Assembly: GCA_012295275.1 (NCBI GenBank) | Contig: CM022676.1 | Location: 17,732,001-17,796,000 of the forward strand | DNA from: Chrysomallon squamiferum | Lineage: Eukaryota > Animalia > Mollusca | DNA length: 64,000 bases | Direction: 5' to 3' | Part shown: piece by piece, positions 44,826 to 64,000 of the stretch | Layout: the number at the start of each line of letters is the position of its first letter | Position numbering within the stretch: the stretch's first letter is position 1 | Made by a program: the position numbers and the translations under genes | The notes under the pieces: model-generated | Seen by the model: the letters and a program-made list of their open reading frames with translations, nothing else | Databases searched by the model: none | Told to the model about the DNA's origin: nothing

Positions 44826-44912
44826 CAGGAGAAAACTTTAGCCAATCCATAATCCACACCAGCCCAGTGAACATTCTGGAATGAGCATTGTCTGACTGTG
44901 TACAGCTGAAAC
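44826..44912 (-). pseudogene. Type IV collagen NC1 exon
   Basis: 87-bp AG/GT exon reading VSAVHSQTMLIPECSLGWCGLWIG*SFLL, compared with NC1 AVHSQT..IP.CP.GW..LWIGYSF. Its phase 0 fits the upstream exon. Confidence 0.93.
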
Positions 44913-45370
44913 CTGCGAAAAAAAAAATTCAAAGTAAGGGAAGTAATCATTAAAACATAACAATACCAATATTTTTGAAAAACAAACTCCATATTTTAAT
45001 TTTATATACCATATTTTAAAAAACATATTGCATAATATGCAAATATAAAAACTGAATTCATATCAATAAATATTAAATCTTAATTCAAAAATAAAGATTA
45101 ATTCATGTCAATCAATATTAAATTAATCAACATAAAAACTGAAATTTATGACTTTAATAAAAAGTCTTACACTGTATTCACAAACAAATACTGGTTATGT
45201 CTTGAAAACTGCTAAATGTTAACATTCTCATTCTACATGTGTCAGTTTTAAATATGATTTAGTATTCACAATTACCTACCTCAAACAATGGAAATCAAAT
45301 ACAATATGAATATTCATGATTAAGTAATAAATATTAATGTTATGCAAACTGAGAACAGGGCAGGACTTAC

Positions 45371-45569
45371 AGGGTTTGGAGATTCACAAACTGCTGATGT
45401 CTGCCTGGTCTGTTCACCTCTCACTCAATTCATCATCATCATCAACATCGGCTCCGATGTTTGCAGCCAGTAACTGTAATCATTCTGTGATGTTCTGCTG
45501 CACACATTGTTGATGTTGCAGAACATAAAAACATGGTTGTAAATCTTCTCAAACAGCTGACAGCACTAC
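45371..45569 (-). pseudogene. Type IV collagen NC1 exon (paralog of 2756-2953)
   Basis: (G)[40 protein letters not shown]...VCESPNP; AG/GT-bounded. Confidence 0.93.
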
Positions 45570-45936
45570 CTGCAGTGTAATTTTTATATTTTTTAACTGT
45601 TACAACAGTTTTTTACTGTTTGTTTGTAAAACTTTAACAATCTTCTCATTCAGTAAATTTATATCCAGAGAAAAGCTAAGATTTTAAAAAGTTTGAATAT
45701 AAAGAAAAACACATTTGGTTTTCTTTTTATTTATTTATTTGTTTCTCTTACATCAGATCCTAAAAAGTCAGTGCCTCTACTTCAATCTTCAGTTCTGATA
45801 GCATTATAACATGAAACTAAGTCATAAGTTCAATAACTTAAGACAGCTCAATAGAAAGAAAAAATGTTACATCTTTTATGTTCCTGCAGTTTTCTAATCT
45901 ACACACCTAGAAACAAGAAACCAAGACATGCATTAC

Positions 45937-46079
45937 CAGAAACACCAGGAAACCTGGTAGACCAGGAAAATAATCATTACCATGAAGTCCTTGAACAGCA
46001 GGTGCCACAGGATCTCCATGGATACCAAGTTCTCTGGTGTAACCAGCTTCACCCTTTCTACCTGAAAAACTATCACAAC
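45937..46079 (-). pseudogene. Collagen triple-helix (Gly-X-Y)16 exon, degenerate
   Basis: 143 nt (144 = 16x9 after restoring a 1-nt deletion), with split Gly codons at both ends. Reads GCD SFS GRK GEA GYT REL GIH GDP VAP AVQ GLH GND YFP GLP GFP GVS. Four of the five non-Gly first positions are one substitution from a Gly codon. Confidence 0.85.
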
Positions 46080-47348
46080 CTGAATCAGAGAGAAACACAA
46101 TTTAATTATTCAGGTATTAACTAAGTGTTTTTATAATAGTTTTTATTAGTCAGTTACTTGTACAAAACATGTTGTTTGTCTAGATTAGGCGATGTTAAAG
46201 TAAGGTTTTCTGTTAAATCCGACTTGTTATTTTCTTTTATAGTTTTTGTTTTTAGTTGTGTCTTTTTTTTTTTTATGATAAATTTCAACTCTTGACATAC
46301 AGCTGCAGATAGTATATAACCAAACAACTGATTTTCACATTATATTTTTACATATACTTCTTTCCTATAGTTTTGTTTACCTTCAAAAGAATGCTTCATG
46401 ACAAGTATCAATAAAGCCTAGATTATTGTAATTAATACAAACTTTTTAAAAACAAATGTTGTTTAAATTTATCCTGAAAACATAGAACATGAAATATGAT
46501 TTATAACCTGAAAGTTTGTAAACAAAAATCGTGTTAACTAGATTTGATCCCTCTTACCAACTAACAGATCACCAGACAGTGATAAAAATTAGAAATCTTG
46601 ATAAATTTAATTTGTATGATCTTAGTATTATGAATAAACATTAAAAAGCAGTCACAAAATATTGTAAGTTATCAAAAGATGTAATTAGTGGCATGTTCTG
46701 ACTGAAATATTTAAACAGTATTAAAATAACAATTTATATTACAAACAGATTTCTTAATACGTTATAGGACAAGAGCCAATGTTAATAACTCGGAAATGTT
46801 TATTTCATATAAAAGATTTTCTCGTAGCTCTGTAAGTTGGATAACGGCTTACCGTAATTTGCCAAATTGATTTATAAAACTGAAATAAAAGCAGCGAACA
46901 ATTCCAGACGCTAAGAAAATCCGCGAATGATAACTTCATCGAACACTTTATCGCACGCATTTCTTTCAAACAAATAGTTCCCAGTGTCAATAACATTTTA
47001 AACTTCTCAGATATAAAATAAAACAAATACTTGGTTATAGAGTTATCTCCTATGATAACTTGTTCCGTTAACCAACCGATAAACCTTTTACGAAGAAATC
47101 AATCGTACATTCTCGTATATTTCCGTGAAGACAAAGAATAAATCGTAATTTTATAAAAGATATGTATATAGACAGGTGTGCGTGTATGTGTCTGCCACTA
47201 TAGAGTATTATCTATATTTAGAAATATAGAAAGCGCTTCTTTCTCTGCTTAATAATAAACAAAATAAAATAAATAAATCTATATATCTATTACACACACA
47301 CATACACACATATTAGATTCTTACTACTACTACTACTACTATTATTAT

Positions 47349-47435
<87 letters not shown>

Positions 47436-48065
47436 CAACAATAATAATAATTAATAAATAAATTAGTTAATTAATTAAACAGAAAGAAAGAAGTATAAAC
47501 TGAAAAACGTTTGGTCTATGGATAAGCCTATGAAAAAAAAAAAAAAAAACAGAGAAAAATAACAAGAAAAAATGAACGAGAGAAAGCGGAAGAGAGAAAT
47601 AATAATAAAAAAAAAAAACAGAATTAAATAAAATGAGAAAAGATAGAAATAAATAAATAGAAATGAACGACCTTGATTATGACTTCACAATTATGACATT
47701 TATAATCAGCTGTAGTTTCCATTCACTGGTCTTATTAATAGGTGCGTCTAAAAAAACTAATAAAAATCTATTGATTGATTATTTCTGTTTAATCTGTTTA
47801 CAACTGGTACGTGCAGAATTGTTCTGATTAATTAATAGATGAATTACTTAGTTAATGTCAGATTAGTATACCTGTTTAGAACTTAACACTTGGTTGATGC
47901 TAATACTGGCTAAAATTATTAACTAGTAAGTACGTGAAACAAATGTACTACTACAACTAATAGTAGTAGTGGTGGTAGTATTCGTAGTAATAATAAGTAT
48001 TTAATGTAATGCTATATAAGTATTCTTATTCTTCCTTTCTTCTTTTTTTATTTCTTTTTTAATAC

Positions 48066-48111
<46 letters not shown>

Positions 48112-48459
48112 TATTGTCAGTAAATTAAATTTAATACAGTGACATCTGATTAATTACTGACATAATTCATAAACTAAGTTGTACTGGGAATTACTGGGAA
48201 GGTGTTATTAAATAACCATTTAACATCCAAGCCCACATACTGCTGAGTTATGTAACTAAATGTAATCATGACAATTTTTCTCCTGTCACACAACCATCTA
48301 TCCTCATGGGTAAAATTAATTTCAATACAAAATCAGGAAAATTCGTAATCATCGATCGCCTTAAAAGTTTATCGATTACCTGGCCTTGTCTGTAACTCTC
48401 ACATAGAGGAAACGCGTTTTGCTATCCCGGAATGTCAACACAATGCCGAAACGAGACCG

Positions 48460-48718
48460 CTTGTAAAGAACTACTACTTGTAAAGAACTACTACTCGTAA
48501 AGAACTACTACTTGTAAAGAACTACTACTTGTAAAGAACTACTACTCGTAAAGAACTCCTACTCGTAAAGAACTGCTACTGGTAAAGAACTGCTACTTGT
48601 AAATAACTGCTACTGGTAAAGAACTACTACTTGTAAAGAACTGCTACTCGTAAAGAACTACGACTCGTAAAGAACTACGACTTGTAAAGAACTACTACTC
48701 GTAAAGAACTACTACTCG
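48460..48718. repeat. 17-bp minisatellite CTYGTAAAGAACTACTA, ~15 copies
   Basis: Head-to-tail units with no spacers. Confidence 0.97.
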
Positions 48719-49587
48719 TCGATTTCGCTGCCACATTGCGCCCTCTAACGACAAAAGATCAATTCAGGGACAATAAAAGCGTGATTCTCCTGAAGGGAAA
48801 ACCAATTCTACATCAGCTGTTTACAAACAGATAGGTGTGGTTGTTAGGTACTTAACACAGCTAAATGTAACGCTATTATCATAAGAGACCATTAAACCAG
48901 TTCACTGATGCGGCAGTTTCACCTCGCGCGATGTTGATGTAAGTGTGCGTATGTTTGCGTTATGTATATCTACGTGCTGAAGAGTTTGTGTGTGGACTGT
49001 ATCGTGGCTGCGTGAAACGCTCTGATGTTCTGATAATGATGTGCAGATGAGAACTCGTAGCTGGTGTTAAAAACCTGCAGATAAAACAGTGTTATAGTAC
49101 CGGTATACTGCTCTGTCCAGATTTCTGGAACTTTGTTGATATAAACAGAACCTTCCTATCTCTCAATGGAACATACAATGTAGTTAATCAGCCATTTATA
49201 TGTGAAGTATGGTGGTCATGAACAAAATGAAAACAACAAGGTTGTAAAAAAGTGAATTTTAACGTATAAAATCTGAGTGTTATTTTTCAAGTCCTGTAGA
49301 AAGAAGGTTAGTCATAACATATAACCAATTTTTAAGTTCAGCAGAAGAAACTAGAGTAATATGTGATAATTTACTCCACATATTTGGTGGTAAAATCTAT
49401 AGTTTTGGCATTGATATAGTCCATTCTGAGTTTATTTAAGTTGTTTGAAGCGGTTCATCTCTTGAGGCACGTTGTCAAGAGGTATTAAGAAGCAGAACCG
49501 GTGGATGCTGTCAAAGAAAACGTTGAGGTAAATCCCAGCTGGTGCAGACTTGAAATATTAGATACATCATGAATATGGGGGCCAGAT

Positions 49588-50020
49588 TTACTATTATTAC
49601 TACCCGTACTATTTACAGTACCACTATTGTTACTAGCCATACTATTTCCACCACTACTATTACTATTTCCAGCACTACTATTAGTCCTACAGTTTCCTCT
49701 ACTACTATTATTACTATTATTTCCAGTACCACTATTATTATTAGCCCTAATATTTCCAGTAATACTATGATTAGTAGCCCTACTATTTCCAGCACTACTA
49801 TTAATATTTCCATTACTACTATTTCCGAAGCAGTACCACAATTACTATTATTACTAGCTCTACTATTTCCAGTACCACTACTACTATTATTATTATTACC
49901 AGCCCTACTATTTCCTGTACCACTACTACTACTATTATTATTACTAGCCCATCTATTTTCAGTACTACTATTATTACTAGCCCATCTATTTCCAGTACTA
50001 CTATTATTACTAGTCCTACT
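49588..50020. repeat. Degenerate ~30-36-bp minisatellite (ACTATTTCCAGTACCACTATTATTACTAGCC-like)
   Basis: Repeated TATTTCCAG cores separated by ACT/ATT runs. Confidence 0.9.
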
Positions 50021-50454
50021 ATTAATACGTTTACCTAACTCATCTTGATGTTTGCCCTTAATTTACCTTAATTACCTGATTTATCGTTGAATGACATTCT
50101 TACATAAACTGCAATTTATCCATACTCTTTAAAAGACATTTCGTCTCCGGTATCGTGTATCTGTTAGTTTGTAAGGAAAATATTTCAAGTATGATTCGGA
50201 CAGAAGAGAGTAGTTTTAAAATATATCTTTATAACTTATATTTCATTTAGGAGTATAATGCTATGTAATTCTCAGTTTATTTGACGTCTATGATTGATAA
50301 CACAGAATATCTCTACTTTTCGAATGTTCACAATACTTATAAGTATGTGTTTCTGTGTGTATGTGTTTATTTATTTTCTTAATGCAACGAATTTATTCAG
50401 ATATAATTATATTTGTATGATCAGATTGACTTTCCTCATTACCCATTACTTAGT

Positions 50455-50567
<113 letters not shown>

Positions 50568-50617
50568 TGTCTATACAAAAGAAAGAATACTTGTTTTGTT
50601 TCTTTTCTTATTCATAG

Positions 50618-55181
<4,564 letters not shown>

Positions 55182-55193
55182 GTCAAATATTTC

Positions 55194-55690
<497 letters not shown>

Positions 55691-56341
55691 CACAGGCGAG
55701 ACGTAGAAATTACTTTCTGTTTCTCAAGGGTGACGCGGTTCAGAGAAATTAGTCTGGCACAGGTTTAAATAGAGAGAATAACAAATAGTTTAACTTTATT
55801 TATTGATTTGTTGTGATGAACTGTTATAGCTGTATATTTTGCGAAGAGTTAATGAAATCATTCTAGTCTGTTGTTTTAACATAGGTTAACACTAGATATG
55901 TTAAAAAGTTAACTGGCATGTATAATACACCACTCTCAGTGTGTTCAGATTTTTTTATTTTTTTTCTGACAATGAATTCAAGAACTATAAACAATGTAGT
56001 TCTTAAATGTGGATTTTAGTTTTCTAAAATATATTTCCCATCATACCTGTGTAAAAATAATTGATTTCACATGATCTCTATCAGTAAGGACACACTGGGT
56101 ATTCGCAGACACTTCATCGGGGGAGCCCCACCTGTAAGTAAATCATATTAAGTTTATTATTTATTAAACATAAACTTAGCAACTGTTTGTTTGTTTAATT
56201 ATGTATGACATGTAAATAAATGAAAATCAGATAAATAGATACATTTGTATATTTGTATCATTAATTTTTACTTGTTTTATTTTTGGATTTAATTTGTGTT
56301 TAAAATGTAAACAGATGAATTATATACAAATATTGTATCAA

Positions 56342-56403
<62 letters not shown>

Positions 56404-56428
56404 ATATATATATATATATATCTATCTA

Positions 56429-56471
<43 letters not shown>

Positions 56472-57071
56472 CAAAATATATATTAATATATAATAATACG
56501 CAAAGCTCTAAAATAATAACTGATGTTTTGAGACAGGATCCCAGGCTAGCTCCTATATGTGTACTTTATGTGTGTAGTCTGTTCACAGTATGTGTGTGTG
56601 TATATATATTGTGTGTGTGTGTGTGGTCGTTATCATGACTAGGGGATTATAAGACTATGACAATGATTTTAAATTGTGACAGTAATATATATATATATAT
56701 ATAGACACAAGATAAATAACATCAACAAGAGAGCAATTTTAGTTTATTATTTATATCCAGAATATGTCTCGTAATAATATGAAATAACAGAAGCGGAACT
56801 AAATTATTTACGATATTGTGGAAACGTCAGTTAAAATAATTAAAGACGGGAGAATCAAGTTATTACGTTAATATGTGTGTGTGTGTGTGTGTTAAACTGT
56901 ATAATTTAATGACACTGATTACACTGCCTATTGTCGCTAAAAGAACAGAAACAAAGAGTATCTTAACCTCATCAAAGCAAGGAAAAAGTTTGAAATTCTC
57001 TCCCGTGAATTTATGTCCATGAAATGGAACCGCTTTTATAGGCAACATCCGAATCAGAGCATAAACTTCAA

Positions 57072-57513
57072 ATTCGTCTCAACCCTCGTCTCAACGCTCA
57101 CCTCACCTCGTCTCAACTCTCGCCTCAACCTCGTCTCGCCTCAACTCTCGCCTCAACCGAGGACTCTCAACCAAAACAAAGACTCGTCTCAACCTCAAAT
57201 CTCAAAGCTGTCTTAGGTTATCGTCAAAACTGACTGTCTCAAGCCAGTAGTTAACGTCTCAACTCGTCTCAATAATAATCGTCTCAAATAAAAATGCCCT
57301 TACAGGTTCGACATGGCTTTTTCCTCAAAGGGTATTAATGATGGTCAAATCGTCTTTCAACTTATCTGCAACTCTCGCCTCAACCGAGGAATGAAAGACA
57401 AAAACAAAGACACGCGTGTTGACAAATCTCAAAGCTGTGTTAGTTTATCAGTCAAAACTGGCTGTATCCTAGCCAGTAGTTAACGTAACTACGAAATTTA
57501 AAATAATAAAACA

Positions 57514-57604
<91 letters not shown>

Positions 57605-57670
57605 CAAATAAAAAACGCCTTTAAAGATTCGACATGGCATTTTTTTCCAGTAAAAGGGTACTAATGATCA
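57072..57670. repeat. CTCGTCTCAAC short-repeat cluster with a tandem ~200-bp duplication
   Basis: Repeated CTCG(T/C)CTCAAC; 57140-57345 resembles 57368-57670. Confidence 0.75.
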
Positions 57671-58251
57671 TCAAACAGAAATTTAATTATCTGCATATAT
57701 CGAAATTTAAATACAGTTTATTTACTGATTATAATCATTAATACATATTTATTTAATATCTGTCGTTATTTAATCTTTTTTCTATCTCATATATAAAACA
57801 GTAATTATTTTAAACCAATTATCATATTAAACTGTAACAATCTTTGGCTTTCTGTCGGTCTCTCTGCTTTTTCTGTAGACACTTTTGTTCTCTAAATATA
57901 CTTTCGCGAAGACGACTGGTAATGTCGACTAACAATGGACAGCCTTTCTCTCAGATACATGAAATGGAAAAGTTAGGCTAAATAAAAGTCATTATAAGAG
58001 ACTGCTGTTCATGCAGTGATTGTGTTCTATCACTTTCTGAACGTCAAGAAATTTATTACTGTAACAGCGTCATTCAAGTAAACTTTATACTTTTACCACA
58101 TTCACACGAAATATCTATTCTCAGCACAACATTAAAAAATTACATCTTCTCTTTAGTTGGTTAGTTCTCTCTCTCTCTCTTTTTCTCTTCTCTATTTTAA
58201 TTCTCTCTCTCTTTACTAAATATATATATATATATAAACAAAAACTCATTG

Positions 58252-58362
<111 letters not shown>

Positions 58363-59479
58363 GTATAATTAAATACAGCTTTGTTTGTCTTACAAAATGT
58401 GTGTACTGGCTGAAGATTGAACCGCAGTTGGTAGATACAACGTTTATCATGGACTTTCTTCTGAATTTATTATTACTCATATATATATATATATCTTAAT
58501 AATCTGTTTTTAAACGCTTATAATCTAATATAATGTTCATTGTTTAATGTCTGAAATCCTCACAGTCAAGCAGTCTGTTTTTTGTTTCTTTATGTTTATT
58601 TAAGTGAGATGACAGCTTGTCTGGTCCTTCTTTTTCTTGTTTTTATTTCTAATTTTTACAATTGTTTTGAACGCTTGAATTTTAAACTGTCATTTTTAAC
58701 AAAAGTGAATAGAGGCATGTTTTATTTATTTATTTATTTATTTATTGCATGTTGACTATAACTTTCTTCTCGCAGAAAAAAGTTGTTTGACAAACGATCA
58801 TCTCAAATACGCGACACAACGTGCTAATAAATGTGACCAACAACAAGAGATTTCCCAGTGAAAATATTCAGTTAGACTGCGTCACATTATCACATTGGTC
58901 ACACAACGTCAGTGTAACAGATTTAATTATTTACGTGTGTTATCCAGAGACAAAGCGGGTTGTCATTCTCACACATACGTATATAAACGAATAGATACAG
59001 ATGCACATGTTATATACACACATTCAGATTCATGGTCACACAACCACAAACACATCGTCGCATGCAAATGCTTGCACACATTTGACATTTGTGACGTCGT
59101 GATTTCACTTCGTCCTGTTTTGTCAGTGCGTTCCCGAATATTGTCTAAGTGCAGAGTCTAATCAGAGATATTTAATACAGCTGAATATTCATTCCTATTC
59201 TGTCACCCGCAGGGCAAGGTTTCCAACAGAAATAACTGCACGCACAAAGTGACAAAAGAAAAAAACGGCGTTTTTCGGTAAACACACAAACAGACAACCA
59301 TGCGTGCAATTAGAAGGCTTCATATAAAAGTAGATTCTTGAGCTCGCAATATCCAGACCTCGCCTTCTTTTTAACAGTATCGACTTCCACTTGAGTTTGT
59401 TAATACTTTTTTTCTACAAGAACAATATAGCACATTGGTGTATGTAGGCTTATTCCGTTCCAACAATTTATCTTTCTTT

Positions 59480-59920
59480 ACAAAATTATAAACCTAGTTC
59501 TTTCAGTTCATTTGGAATAAAAATATCAATAAAATAGCTGGAAAAACATTAACTCAGGATTATCAAACAGGTGATTTAAGAGAAATAAATACTAAGTTAT
59601 TTTGTGATGCACTAAAAATATCGTGTCTTGAACAAAAACATTGGGCCTGTTAATTAATTGTTTACAATACAGTTTACAATCCAGAGCTCCAATAATTTTA
59701 GCTTTAGGCTCAGCTTAAAGTAGAGCAAAATCGCCGAAAAGCACAAATCGCTTTTAATAAAATGTATTAAACATATGAACAAACTTTCTAGAAAAACATG
59801 AAGCTGTTAGGAACAAGAGAAAAATAATCAATGTACAGAGATTGTATAACGTTCCTATTAAAATTGATAATAAATGTGTTCATTATAATATATTGGCAAG
59901 TAAAGGAATTTTATTTTTAA
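59480..59920 (+). mobile_element. L1/Tx1-clade LINE ORF2 fragment (region after the reverse transcriptase domain)
   Basis: Frameshifted QFIWNK..NKIAGKTLTQDYQTGDLREINTKLFCDALKISCL and LYNVPIKIDNKCVHYNILASKGILF resemble the Tx1/L1 motifs FIW..K..KI...L..DY..GGL and WYN..IKI..K......KGI. Confidence 0.7.
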
Positions 59921-60108
59921 AAACCTGTGTCGCGGAATTCAGAATTACGTAACAAATTTATCTGTCTACGACATCCGCATGGTTTATTTTATCCACCAGT
60001 TTTTCAACTCCATCTCGGTATTTATAAGAGTATACATATTTATATGGCAAGTATTGAATACTAGGAATCTGCGGGACATATTTGTAACATTTTTATTATT
60101 ATCAATGT

Positions 60109-60146
<38 letters not shown>

Positions 60147-60535
60147 CGGTTTGTTCTTTTTTGTGCTTGTTTATTTGATTTTATATTATTTTATATTATT
60201 TTATTTTATTTTATTTTATTTTATTTTATTGTTGGTGCATTGTTTATTTTTCGTAGTTTTGTTTTTCCCTCAACATGTAGACACTGCTGTATTTAGAAAA
60301 AAAATCATTTTCTTTTACTTGTTTTATTTATTTTGCATCAGCATGTATTAGTTGTGTTATTTATTACACTGTATGTTTTCTGGTGTATATAATAAAGAAG
60401 GAAAGAAAGAACGAAAAATATAAACAGATAAATAAAAAGAAATAAGTGAAGTAGATAAATAATTAATAATATAAAAAGCAAATTACTACAATGATCAGAA
60501 TAAGTGTTAGTATTATAACGGTTGTTTTTTTTGTT

Positions 60536-60592
<57 letters not shown>

Positions 60593-60639
60593 AAGGTTGT
60601 ATTTGTCACATCGGTAGTTGGATCGCTTTGTTCAAATAA

Positions 60640-64000
<3,361 letters not shown>

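Larger units (their letters stand above)
39866..46761 (-). mobile_element. Mosaic CpG-depleted block B (putative gene-capturing element)
   Basis: Shares segments with block A. Carries minus-strand collagen IV exons, a MULE transposase fragment and further AG/GT-bounded exon-like pieces. Confidence 0.55.

Noticed and set aside
48460-48718. CRISPR-like regular repeat
   Set aside because: The units are contiguous with no unique spacers, and the context is eukaryotic.
49485-50048. Ser/Thr- or Asn/Gly-rich mucin-like ORFs
   Set aside because: They come from a degenerate minisatellite that is open on both strands; no supported splice link to the Ig gene was found.

Overview
AT-rich, microsatellite-dense animal DNA with spliceosomal introns. 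It is probably from a mollusc or similar invertebrate (inferred from composition and repeat types). There is a 200-N gap at 39666-39865. (1) A birth-and-death cluster of BTB-BACK-PHR (BTBD1/2/3/6-like, putative Cul3 adaptor) genes: one intact 440-aa copy (minus strand, 15385-16870), two damaged copies (1-285 and 28551-29927), and the promoter and 5'UTR of a probable fourth copy running off the window end. The paralogs differ mainly in PHR loops. (2) A multi-Ig, single-pass membrane receptor pseudogene (~50.6-55.2 kb) with a ~410-bp palindrome in an intron. (3) Two related CpG-depleted mosaic blocks (~0.3-4.9 kb plus strand; ~39.9-46.8 kb minus strand) carrying intron-containing type IV collagen exons with shared lesions, beside MULE-transposase and Gypsy-integrase remnants. 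This pattern suggests a gene-capturing (Pack-MULE/Helitron-like) element. Also present: Tc1, hAT and Tx1/L1 fragments, two MITEs with target-site duplications, and local segmental duplications. All family assignments come from manual translation and motif recognition, not database searches.
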